NCBI GenBank assembly: GCA_964387675.1
Contig: CAYLWL010000004.1
Span: 1 to 61,814 of the forward strand
Source of the DNA: an uncultured Candidatus Saccharibacteria bacterium
GTDB lineage: Bacteria > Patescibacteriota > Minisyncoccia > UBA6257 > 2-01-FULL-56-20
Length of the DNA: 61,814 nt
Direction: 5' to 3'
A program made the position numbers and the translations under genes. Shown in pieces: positions 48,856-57,666 of this stretch. The stretch's first letter is position 1, and every line of letters starts with the position of its first letter. The notes under the pieces were generated by a model that had not been told where the DNA came from, ran no database searches, and worked only from the letters and a program-made list of their open reading frames with translations.

Positions 48856-49347
48856 AGGTCTTTCGACAATTTCATCTATGAATCCGAGCTCAAGGGCTTC
48901 TTGGGCGGTGAATACTCTGTCTTCTCTGCCCCATGCGGCAAGAACCTCTACGGATTCGCCGCTGCACCTGGCAAGTTTCGTCAGGAGTTGTTGGTAGCTC
49001 TCGTCATCTTCAAGGATATCGTCTTCGTGGCAGTTCCAATCCTCGTTGGCGGGAATCCTCGGCGGATGAAACATAAACTCGGAATCCGGGTACGACGACC
49101 TACGAGCGCATGCATGCAACAGAAAGAAAGCGGCGGAGTTGGCACAACCGTCTGCAAGGCCATAGATCGGCGAGCGAGAGGAATTGATGACTTCCAACAA
49201 TGAGAACAACCACACCATAAACCCGCCTTCCGAGTGAATGATCAACTTTATCGGCAAGGCGCTTTCACGATCCAAATCCGCAATCGTCTCACAGACCTGC
49301 GGCACAAGAGGGAAATCAATGGCTCCCTCCAACCGAACTTCTCGCAT
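48820..49347 (-). CDS. ClpP-like serine protease (short, divergent)
   Basis: IHSEGG, ANSAA (Ser), FMFHPP (His), RED..FTAQEALELGFIDEI (Asp); ATG 49347 after GGAGG; last codons and stop lie in the MITE. Confidence 0.8.
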   Translation of the reverse strand: MREVRLEGAIDFPLVPQVCETIADLDRESALPIKLIIHSEGGFMVWLFSLLEVINSSRSPIYGLADGCANSAAFFLLHACARRSSYPDSEFMFHPPRIPANEDWNCHEDDILEDDESYQQLLTKLARCSGESVEVLAAWGREDRVFTAQEALELGFIDEIVERPRTRLKIPPLAI

Positions 49348-49440
49348 CTCTCCTCCATCCGCCTTCTTGAAAATGCTCCAGAAATTATATGCGAAAAAGG
49401 AGGATTTGTAAAGCAGGCGCGAAAAAAGTAAACTTATGAA

Positions 49441-50451
49441 ATGGCATCGACAAAATCGGCTATTGTTCTCACGGGCGACCGGCCAACCGGCAAGCTGCAT
49501 CTCGGCCACTATGTGGGCTCGCTGCAAACAAGGGTCAAACTGCAAAATCAATATGACCGCTGTTTCTATATGATCGCGGACATCCAAGCGTTGACCGACA
49601 ATGCCGAAAATCCGGAGAGGGTAAGAAATAACGTTCTTGAGGTGGCCCTTGATAACTTGGCGGTTGGAGTCGAACCCGAAAAAACAACTTTTTTTATCCA
49701 GTCCCAAATTCAGGAAATCGCGGAGCTCACCGTGCTTTTTTTGAATCTCGTTACCTTGGCGCGACTAAGAAGAAATCCAACAGTAAAAGACGAAATGAAA
49801 CAAAAAGGATTCGGCGAAAACGTCCCGGCCGGTTTTTTGGCATACCCGATAAGCCAGGCCGCGGACATTCTTTTCTGCGGAGGTAATATCGTCCCTGTTG
49901 GCGAGGACCAACTGCCCGTTATCGAACAGGCAAATGAAATTGTCGCGAAATTTAACTCCCTTTACGGAGAAACGTTCCAAAAAATCCAACCCGTTCTTTC
50001 CGACACGCCGCGTCTCGTCGGTATCGATGGAACCGCGAAAGCGAGTAAATCCCTGGGAAACGCCATCTATCTCGATGACTCGGCCGAAGAAATCGAAAAG
50101 AAGGTGATGGCAATGTATACAGACCCCGGCCACATTCACGCCAACGACAAGGGTAAAGTAAAAGGGAATGTTGTGTTCACTTACCTGGATATTTTTGATC
50201 CAAATAAATCAGAAATTAAAAAATTGAAACAACAGTACGAACGCGGCGGGTTAGGAGACGTTGCGATTAAAAAAAGATTGGCGGGTGTACTGGAAAACTT
50301 CATTTCGCCCATCAGAACAAAGCGCAGAGCGCTTGCGAAGAATCCCGAGCGAGTGATGGAAATATTGCGCGTTGGTACGGAGCGAGCGAGAGAGGTAGCC
50401 AAGGAAACGATGGCAAAAGTGAGGAAGGTTGTTAAAATCGATTACTTTTAA
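49441..50451 (+). CDS. trpS: Tryptophanyl-tRNA synthetase
   Basis: GDRPTGKLHLGH, YPISQAADIL, VPVGEDQ, KASKS. Confidence 0.96.
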   Translation: MASTKSAIVLTGDRPTGKLHLGHYVGSLQTRVKLQNQYDRCFYMIADIQALTDNAENPERVRNNVLEVALDNLAVGVEPEKTTFFIQSQIQEIAELTVLFLNLVTLARLRRNPTVKDEMKQKGFGENVPAGFLAYPISQAADILFCGGNIVPVGEDQLPVIEQANEIVAKFNSLYGETFQKIQPVLSDTPRLVGIDGTAKASKSLGNAIYLDDSAEEIEKKVMAMYTDPGHIHANDKGKVKGNVVFTYLDIFDPNKSEIKKLKQQYERGGLGDVAIKKRLAGVLENFISPIRTKRRALAKNPERVMEILRVGTERAREVAKETMAKVRKVVKIDYF

Positions 50452-50489
50452 ATAAAATCGCCCCGATACGCATCGGGGCGTTAGTGTTG

Positions 50490-51592
50490 CTACTCTATCC
50501 TGACTCTTCGCGACCTACTCCCTCCCTGCTGGGCCAGTGGCGGTCCCTTGTCCTCTTCCGGCTCCAAAATCTCAAGAGGGGCCGGCAAATACTTCCTGCC
50601 ACCACCATTGTCGACGCTGAAGATGGTCGCGGGTTCTCCGTCTTCGTGTTCCACATCAATATATAATGTTTCGTTGCCTTGAGAAAGCTGACCAGAATTG
50701 ATGAGCGATGCAAGCGGTTCATCAAGATACTTGCGCACTTTATCCTCCAGCAGCCGGGCTCCGTTTTCCGGATGATCCAAAGATTCGCGCAAAACCAACT
50801 GCTTTACCGCCGGGTCGATAATCACTTCGAAATCAAACCCCTGTTCATGCAGACGACAGAACAAGTCGTTCAGAAAAGTATCAAAAATCTTTGCCAACTG
50901 CTCCGGCGCGAGCAAGTGATAGACAACCTTGGAATGTCGGTTAAGATACTCTGTGCTAAAAAACCTTTTAGCTTCCTTCATGACCGATTTATGGATTTCA
51001 TCGTCGGTTTTCTCCTTCTTCCGGGAAACCATAAGGCCAATCTCGCCCTTTCCCTTGGCGATATTCGTGATCTGCTTTGATCCAACGTTCGAGGTCTCAA
51101 CGATCATCGAGTGCGAGAAATCCACCTCTCCGCCATTACCGAGCCGCGTTCTTCCTTTGGAAGTCACCTCGAGGAGAAAGTTGTGAAGCGCAGGATGCGC
51201 CTTCTCTATCTCATCGAATAAAACGATGCTGTGAACCGTTTTTCGTTGCACACTCCGTTCCACGTGCGCCTTCACATACGCGCGGAATTTGCTAAGTGCG
51301 CCGGCATATTTCTTCTCCAAAGTTTTTTTCTCCTCGGGATCGGTGGCCTCCTCTATCTCCTGGTACAATGCGACGATTTCCTCGTGGAGACGCTGGTACT
51401 TTTCTTCGGCGTGCATATCATTCTGCATTTTTTCGATCAAGAATCTATCGAGTTTGTCTTGAGCGATGATTGTCGGGTCTTTGTGACCAAGATATCCCGG
51501 CGGCGCGCCGATTAATTTTGAGATCTCGTGCCGTTCCACGAAGTTTTCGCATTCAACTTTGGTCATCGCCCGCGTTGAACCGAAAAAGTACA
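50490..51592 (-). pseudogene. C-terminal part of a single-domain ClpB-D2-like AAA+ ATPase disrupted by IS1595
   Basis: KLIGAPPGYLG, LFDEIEKAH, ETSNVG, EYLNR, NGARLL; joins in frame to 52345-52578 when the IS and one target copy are removed. Confidence 0.88.
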
Positions 51593-52344
51593 GGTTCAAG
51601 ACTAGGTAAAAAGGCTATTTCCTCGGCGATTTTTTCTTGAATAACGATAACAGTATAGCATATAAATCATCGCCGCGATAGTTGAATCTGAATTCGCACT
51701 CCTTGAGATGAAGCAAGAATGTCTGCGGATGCATGCCTCTGTATTTTGCGAGCCGGACTTTGGCCAGGCCCCAGAAATTCTCGATGCCGTTGATGTGCGA
51801 TTTCCCGCGGACAAATTCATCTTGTCCATGATGAACTCGGTAGTGTTTGCGATATCCCATATCCACCAGGCCATCATAAGCCGTCCAGCCATCAGAATGG
51901 ATTGTGCTTCCTGAACGCACTTTTTGCTTGATAATACGGAGTAAAACGGCTTTTTCCGCATTTGGTACAATGCGAGTGTAAACCTTGCCGTTGCGCTTCA
52001 AGATGCCGAAGACGATCGTTTTCCTGCCCGCGCCTCTGCCGCGCTTCCCACGAACTCGCCTCGGCCCGAAATACGATTCGTCAACTTCGACTGTGCCGCG
52101 AAACGGAGATTGCGATTCGCAATGTTCCGCGATTCTCTCGCGCACAATACGGCATAACCTATTGACAGTATTGCGGTTCAGTCCGGTGGCGCTCGCAAGC
52201 TGCACAGCCGTCATATCCAGGGAAAACAACTTCAAAAATTCACGAAATTTCTTGTTCGAAATTCGGGCGTGGGTCAGATAGCTGTTTTGCCTTGTCATTG
52301 TTGACTAGAATAGCATTTCACCGATGCTTATCTAGTCTTGAACC
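51593..52344 (-). mobile_element. IS1595-family insertion sequence, 752 bp
   Basis: TIR GGTTCAAGACTAG(G/A)TAA (16/17); 8-bp direct target repeat AAAGTACA at 51585-51592 and 52345-52352. Confidence 0.95.
51615..52298 (-). CDS. IS1595 (ISXO2-like) DDE transposase
   Basis: N-terminal HTH, VEVDESYFG, IHSDGW..Y, HINGIENFW, EC.FRFN. Confidence 0.95.
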   Translation of the reverse strand: MTRQNSYLTHARISNKKFREFLKLFSLDMTAVQLASATGLNRNTVNRLCRIVRERIAEHCESQSPFRGTVEVDESYFGPRRVRGKRGRGAGRKTIVFGILKRNGKVYTRIVPNAEKAVLLRIIKQKVRSGSTIHSDGWTAYDGLVDMGYRKHYRVHHGQDEFVRGKSHINGIENFWGLAKVRLAKYRGMHPQTFLLHLKECEFRFNYRGDDLYAILLSLFKKKSPRK

Positions 52345-52578
52345 AAAGTACAAAGCCAAAAGTTCCGCAAGATACGTCTTGCCGCTGCCGGACGGCCCCA
52401 TGGCTATCAGGCACAAGATCGGCTTTTCCGGCCGCCAAAGAGGCGACAGAAAGTAGTTATAGGATCTTACTGCTTGGTCGATAGCCCGATGCTGGCCGAT
52501 CAGCCGGGCTTCAAGAAACTCTTTCAGTTTTTGGGCTTCGGGGTGAAGCACTGTCGGGTCAAGCCGCCTTCTCGCCAC
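52345..52578 (-). pseudogene. N-terminal part of the IS-disrupted AAA+ ATPase
   Basis: LIGQHRAI, Walker A GPSGSGKT; GTG 52578 lies 7 nt after AGGAGGT. Confidence 0.88.
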
Positions 52579-52639
52579 AGGAATCACCTCCTTTTCTTAT
52601 GACGTACTGTTCAAAACTGCTGATTCAATTATACACCCC

Positions 52640-55600
52640 TTACGATTTTCGCACCGAGAGCCAAATATCCTGACCTTCCAAACGGGAACTCTCTTCGGCG
52701 TCGAATTTTTCCGACCGCTTCTCTTCGACGGCTTCGGCGCCAACCTCGCGCTTAATGAACCCTTCATTCCTTGCGATGATGCCGCGGACTGGTTCTTGCG
52801 CCTCAACCGAGAGAGCAATGGTGTCTTTCGGCTTAAGTCCGGCTTTTTGCCGCAATTCTTGAATCATCCTCACGAGATCGCGCACGACTCCTTCTTCTTT
52901 CAGTTCGGGAGTGATAACAGTATCAAGTTCCACCTCGTTCGCGATAGTGTTGTCGAGAACAATTTTTTTAACATTTATTTCGTCTTGTAATATCACAACA
53001 AACTCGTCGTCAATTTTGATTTTTGATTTTTTATTTTTTATTTTGAGCGAAGCGATTGGCTGCCTCACCCTTATTTTCGCTTTTGCCCTCTCCGCGAGCG
53101 CCAAACTCGCAAGACGCCGCACCTCCGCCATCGCCCCCAAAAGCTCTTTGCTCTTTGCTCTTTGCTCTTTGCTATATGTTGGCCACTCCGTAAGATGCGC
53201 CGATTCGGGCATATCGCCGGTTGCAAGTCCGCGATACAACTCCTCCGCGAGGAAAGGCATAAACGGCGCGATCACTTTGCTTGTCGTCAAAAGACACTCG
53301 CGGAGCGTATCGAAAAACGCCCCGTCTCTGCGTTTGCGGCTACGACGCAGGTACCACGTCGAGAGATCATCTATATATTCCTGAATCGATCGAGTAGCAT
53401 GCACCGTATCGTACGCGTCGAGGTATCCCGTTACTTTTTTCACGAGTTCCGCGGTTCTCTCTTTGATCCACAGATCGAGAACGCTCGGCGCAGATTCATC
53501 ATTCTTCTTTTCTCCGACATACGTCGTGAAGTAGTTATACACATTCCATAACAGAAGATTTACTTTTCGATATATGGTTGCGGCATCTTTTTCTGTCCAA
53601 AACAGATCGTCCGATTGCATGACCACGGAATTCATCAGCTGGAATCTCAACGCATCGGCGCCATATTTGTCGAGGGTGATCCATGGATCGGTGTAATTTT
53701 GTTTCGATTTTGAAAGTTTTTCTCCTTTCTCGTTGAGTACATTGCCGGTGGTGACGACATTTTCGAACGGCGCCTTGCCGAACAAAACCAGCGACACGAC
53801 ATGCATCACATAAAACCATGCCCGCGTCTGCGCGATGTACTCGGCAACAAACTGCGCGGGGAATCTGCCGTCGAATATCTTTTTATTCTCGAAAGGATAG
53901 TGATATTCGGCAAAGGGCATCGAGCCCGCTTCCATCCAGGAATCGAAAATTTCCGGTGTCCGGCGCATCCCGCCGCCGCACGCGCAAGCGAGTGTGATGT
54001 CGTCGATGTACGGCCTGTGGAGATCAACCAGGCCCGTGTCGTCCCTCGGGACGACTTTGAAATCCAGCTTATGCGCTTCTGCGGTTTCCACGAAATCGCC
54101 GTTTTTCTTCGTTTCTTTCCGCAGCACTTTTTCCGCAATCGCCCTTTTTTCGCTCCACGCGGAGGCGGTATGCAACAACATCCAAATCGGGTACTCGTGG
54201 CTCACAAGTAATATGTTTTTACCTGAATACTTTTTCTCGCATCCCTCGAGAAAACCCCATACTCTCGCCCGCAAATCCCGAAGCGATTCGCCGTCCTCGG
54301 GTCTTTGCTCGAATTTCGATTCGTACGTCGGAAAAAGCTCGTGGTACTTTTTGGAATGACACCCCTGCAGTGCGCCCAGGTGTATTTCTTCGAGGTTCGG
54401 GTCGAAGACGATTTCTTTAATCCCCAAGATTTCCGCGGCAAGTTCGGCGGTTTCCTTGGTTCGCGTAATCGGGGAAGCCACGATTGTGTCTATCCGCACT
54501 CCGCTCTTTGTAAGCTTCTTGACGGACGAGATCGCGGACGTTATGCCGCTCGGAGTCAGTTTGAAGTTCGCCTTGCCCGAGTCGATAATATGGAACACGT
54601 TGTTTTCCCCTTCGCCGTGCCGCATCACCCAATAATTATTTTTCGGTTTTCCCGCGCGCGCGGCGAGCTCCTCGATGCTCCCCATCACTTCTTCGCGCTT
54701 GCACTTCGGGCATTTCCACACCGGAATGGGATTCCCCCAATAGCGGTTCCGCGAAATGTTCCAGTCCGGCGCTTGCTCAACGCTTTTTTCGTAGCGGCCG
54801 TGTTTCAAATGTTCCGGGAACCAGTTGATTTCTTTCGTATTCGATTTCAGCAATCTCGGCTTGATCTTTTGGATATTCACAAACCATGCCGGGATCGCGT
54901 TGTAAAAAAGAACGTTGCCGCACCGCCAGCAGTGAGGATAGGAATGGATGTATTTTTCTTTTTTGAAAAGTAATCCGCGTCTTTCGAGATCGGCAACAAC
55001 CATCGGATCCGCTTTTTTGAAATATTCTCCGCGCAGAAACTCCGGCGCCTGCTCCTCGTTGAACTTTCCTTTTTCATCGAGAAGCGGCACGACGGGCAGG
55101 CCGATTTTTACGCCAAGATTGTAGTCGTCTTCGCCATAGACGACCGCCGTGTGTACAATTCCTGTTCCCTCTTCGGTGTTTACGAAGTCGGCGGCGTACA
55201 CCTTATACGATTTATCGGATTTGACGGCAGGCACGTCAAAAAGCGGTTCGTACTCGAGGTCAACGAGATCTTCTCCTTTTATATCATCATGCACGATTTC
55301 TATTTCCTGATTCTTAAAAACAGCTTTCACGAGGTCGCTCGCAACGATATATAATTCTTTCACGCCGCTTACGCGAAGAGCCGTGTAGGCAATATCTTCT
55401 CCGACAGCAAGTGCCACATTGCCAGGCAAGGTCCACGGCGTCGTTGTCCATGCAAGAATATAAGCCGTATCTTTGGTCTCATAATTATTGCCCCATCTCT
55501 GCCCCGGTTTCAGATGAAACTTCACCGTCACCGCCTCCTCTGTCACGTCTTTATAACTCTGATCCATCGCCACCTCAAAGTTTGAAACGGGTGTCTCGCA

Positions 55601-56143
55601 TCGCGGGCAATACATCAAGACCTTCCTGCCCTCGTAGACCAATCCTTTTTTGTAGATTTCTTTGAACGCCCACCAAACGGACTCCATATAATCGGCGTCC
55701 ATCGTCTTATACGAATCGTCGAACTCCACCCACCGCGCGATGCGTTCGATCATCCTCTTCCACTCGTTCGCGTATTCAAGCACCATATTCCGGCACGTCT
55801 CGTTGAACTTCTTGATGCCTATTTCTTCGATCTGTTTTTTGCCGGAGATGCCGAGCTTCCGCTCGACGACCTCTTCGATGGGAAGTCCATGGCAATCCCA
55901 GCCCCACCTTCGGCGCACGAATCTGCCCCGCATCGTTTGATAGCGGGGTATCACGTCTTTAATGGTAGAAGCCAAAATATGGCCGTAGTGAGGAAGCCCG
56001 GTCGCAAAGGGCGGGCCATCATAAAACGTGAATGGCTTTCCCTTGGCCGTTTTCTTCAGAGTTTTTTCGAAAATTCTATTATGCTTCCAAAACTCCAACG
56101 TCTTCTCTTCCGCTTTTGGCAAATTAAATCCTTCCTCTAGCAT
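52640..56143 (-). CDS. ileS: Isoleucyl-tRNA synthetase (type 2-like) with inserted histidine phosphatase domain
   Basis: DGPPFATGLPHYGH, GWDCHGLP, WTTTPWTLP, KLSKS; insert MRHGE...SHEY at about 54070-54645; start ATG 56143. Confidence 0.96.
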   Translation of the reverse strand: MLEEGFNLPKAEEKTLEFWKHNRIFEKTLKKTAKGKPFTFYDGPPFATGLPHYGHILASTIKDVIPRYQTMRGRFVRRRWGWDCHGLPIEEVVERKLGISGKKQIEEIGIKKFNETCRNMVLEYANEWKRMIERIARWVEFDDSYKTMDADYMESVWWAFKEIYKKGLVYEGRKVLMYCPRCETPVSNFEVAMDQSYKDVTEEAVTVKFHLKPGQRWGNNYETKDTAYILAWTTTPWTLPGNVALAVGEDIAYTALRVSGVKELYIVASDLVKAVFKNQEIEIVHDDIKGEDLVDLEYEPLFDVPAVKSDKSYKVYAADFVNTEEGTGIVHTAVVYGEDDYNLGVKIGLPVVPLLDEKGKFNEEQAPEFLRGEYFKKADPMVVADLERRGLLFKKEKYIHSYPHCWRCGNVLFYNAIPAWFVNIQKIKPRLLKSNTKEINWFPEHLKHGRYEKSVEQAPDWNISRNRYWGNPIPVWKCPKCKREEVMGSIEELAARAGKPKNNYWVMRHGEGENNVFHIIDSGKANFKLTPSGITSAISSVKKLTKSGVRIDTIVASPITRTKETAELAAEILGIKEIVFDPNLEEIHLGALQGCHSKKYHELFPTYESKFEQRPEDGESLRDLRARVWGFLEGCEKKYSGKNILLVSHEYPIWMLLHTASAWSEKRAIAEKVLRKETKKNGDFVETAEAHKLDFKVVPRDDTGLVDLHRPYIDDITLACACGGGMRRTPEIFDSWMEAGSMPFAEYHYPFENKKIFDGRFPAQFVAEYIAQTRAWFYVMHVVSLVLFGKAPFENVVTTGNVLNEKGEKLSKSKQNYTDPWITLDKYGADALRFQLMNSVVMQSDDLFWTEKDAATIYRKVNLLLWNVYNYFTTYVGEKKNDESAPSVLDLWIKERTAELVKKVTGYLDAYDTVHATRSIQEYIDDLSTWYLRRSRKRRDGAFFDTLRECLLTTSKVIAPFMPFLAEELYRGLATGDMPESAHLTEWPTYSKEQRAKSKELLGAMAEVRRLASLALAERAKAKIRVRQPIASLKIKNKKSKIKIDDEFVVILQDEINVKKIVLDNTIANEVELDTVITPELKEEGVVRDLVRMIQELRQKAGLKPKDTIALSVEAQEPVRGIIARNEGFIKREVGAEAVEEKRSEKFDAEESSRLEGQDIWLSVRKS

Positions 56144-56286
56144 ACTACAAATTAAAACAGATAAAGCGCTTAATTTCAAAAAAATCGGACTCTTGAGTTG
56201 TGAATTCAAGAGCCCTAAAAAAAGTTGCCGCCCGGGTCCTTGGACCGGGCGGGGAAAGAGAAAGAAACGCGTCGCGCCGCGTGTGG

Positions 56287-56910
56287 CTACGGGTAAACCG
56301 TGAAAGTCGCCAGACCATCGCCGCGCGGCGTGACCACGATACGGTGGCTGCCGTACGAGTCGATCGTGTAGGGGCCGCTGGGTCCCGCCACGTCGATCGT
56401 CACGTGGCTACGATACGGCCACACCCACCACGGCTGGTTGAGCCAGTTCCAGAACCGGCGAATGTAGCCGGGTCCTGGCACGGGCTTCTGCGTCGCGGCG
56501 CAGACCGGGCACGGCCGCTCGTCAATCCACTTCAGCCGGTTCCAGCAGTCGGGCAAATAGATCTGGTCACCTGCTGCATTCACGAGCACGATCGTCCCCG
56601 GAGGGAGACACTCGTACACGAACCGGCCGCCCTCCACCTCGCGGTGCTCGTTCAATCCGCACCAACGGTACCGAAGTGGCACCGGTCGCAGACCGAGCTC
56701 TGCCATCTTCGCGATGGCCTCGGCGCCCGTGAGTGCCTTCGGCGCGAGCGGGTACTTCACGAGATCCACACCTGCCGGAGTCGCCGCCGTTGTCGAACGG
56801 TGGTTTGCGGCTTCAGTCGCCGGTGTCGCACCGACTACCGCCGCCACAAAAAACAGGAACGCGATGAACCACAAAAACGGATTGACGAACAAGCTACGGA
56901 AATTTCTCAT
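56287..56910 (-). CDS. Hypothetical secreted protein (GC-rich, Cys-containing)
   Basis: GAGGAGG RBS, signal peptide; promoter TTGACA-17-TAATAT at 56986-57014; hairpin plus T-run at 56217-56252. Confidence 0.7.
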   Translation of the reverse strand: MRNFRSLFVNPFLWFIAFLFFVAAVVGATPATEAANHRSTTAATPAGVDLVKYPLAPKALTGAEAIAKMAELGLRPVPLRYRWCGLNEHREVEGGRFVYECLPPGTIVLVNAAGDQIYLPDCWNRLKWIDERPCPVCAATQKPVPGPGYIRRFWNWLNQPWWVWPYRSHVTIDVAGPSGPYTIDSYGSHRIVVTPRGDGLATFTVYP

Positions 56911-57045
56911 GTCTGCCTCCTCCTCGAAAATACCTTGAAAATCAAGCTCCGCGCACCCTCACGCATGAGCCATTTTGCTAGTGAGATATTAGCATATAAT
57001 AAACGGTTTGTCAACCCCCGAGGCGGAGCGGGTTGACGGGTCGAC

Positions 57046-57081
57046 TTGACAAGCCCAGTTCAATATGTTATCCTTTACAAT
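57046..57081 (+). promoter_or_regulatory. Sigma70 promoter of the divergent pair
   Basis: TTGACA-17-TATCCT, with TACAAT nearby; back to back with the minus-strand TTGACA at 57009-57014 across a GTCAACCC/GGGTTGAC hairpin. Confidence 0.55.
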
Positions 57082-57109
57082 AGTACACTGGTTTCGCGAG
57101 GAGGATGCA

Positions 57110-57508
57110 ATGAGAGAGACGAGGCGCAGAAGCAATGGTTGGGCCCCGGTCGTATTCGTGATGTTCTTCGGCTCCATCGTTGGAGACGCGATTCGGACGG
57201 CGGCAGTCACTATGCAGGCGCGGTGCGAGAACAACGCGTGCATCGGCGAAGTGACGATGCCGCGAGGCACGGAGACCATTGACGCGGCATCGGCGACGCG
57301 CGCCGGTGATCCCGCCAAGGTGATCCTGTTGATCCGGTACACGAACGACCGGGGGCAGGCACGCGACACGGTCTTCGATTACGACCGCATCAAAAGAGGA
57401 GGCATGCTCTCCGCTCGATCCACCGCCGACATCGCGAAGGTGGCGACGGTCGAACTCCGGAGCGTTGACGGGCGCGTCGTGCGGACCGTAGACGTCGTCT
57501 CCAACTAG
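57110..57508 (+). CDS. Hypothetical exported protein (GC-rich)
   Basis: ATG 57110 after GAGGAGG; hydrophobic N-terminus; long hairpin 57516-57556 after the stop. Confidence 0.65.
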   Translation: MRETRRRSNGWAPVVFVMFFGSIVGDAIRTAAVTMQARCENNACIGEVTMPRGTETIDAASATRAGDPAKVILLIRYTNDRGQARDTVFDYDRIKRGGMLSARSTADIAKVATVELRSVDGRVVRTVDVVSN

Positions 57509-57666
57509 TCCAGTCCCGGTAGACACCGCGCGCGCGACGCGCGGAAGGTCTACCGGGGCTCGCAATTTTAAATTGTCGAAATAGTAACCTGGGCCGCTCT
57601 CAATAGTCGGACTTTTTTTAATATCTCCCTCCATCTTAAAATGGCGTAGCAAAACTATGTGTAGGG

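Noticed and set aside
48417-48875. ORFs 48417..48875, 48485..48823 and 48501..48845 as genes
   Set aside because: They consist of the MITE, a terminator and the P2 palindrome, with no protein-like features.
56144-56286. T-box or other riboswitch leaders before ileS, trpS or argS
   Set aside because: Upstream regions are too short or AT-rich and show no T-box motif; the hairpin at 56228-56252 is better explained as the upstream gene's terminator.
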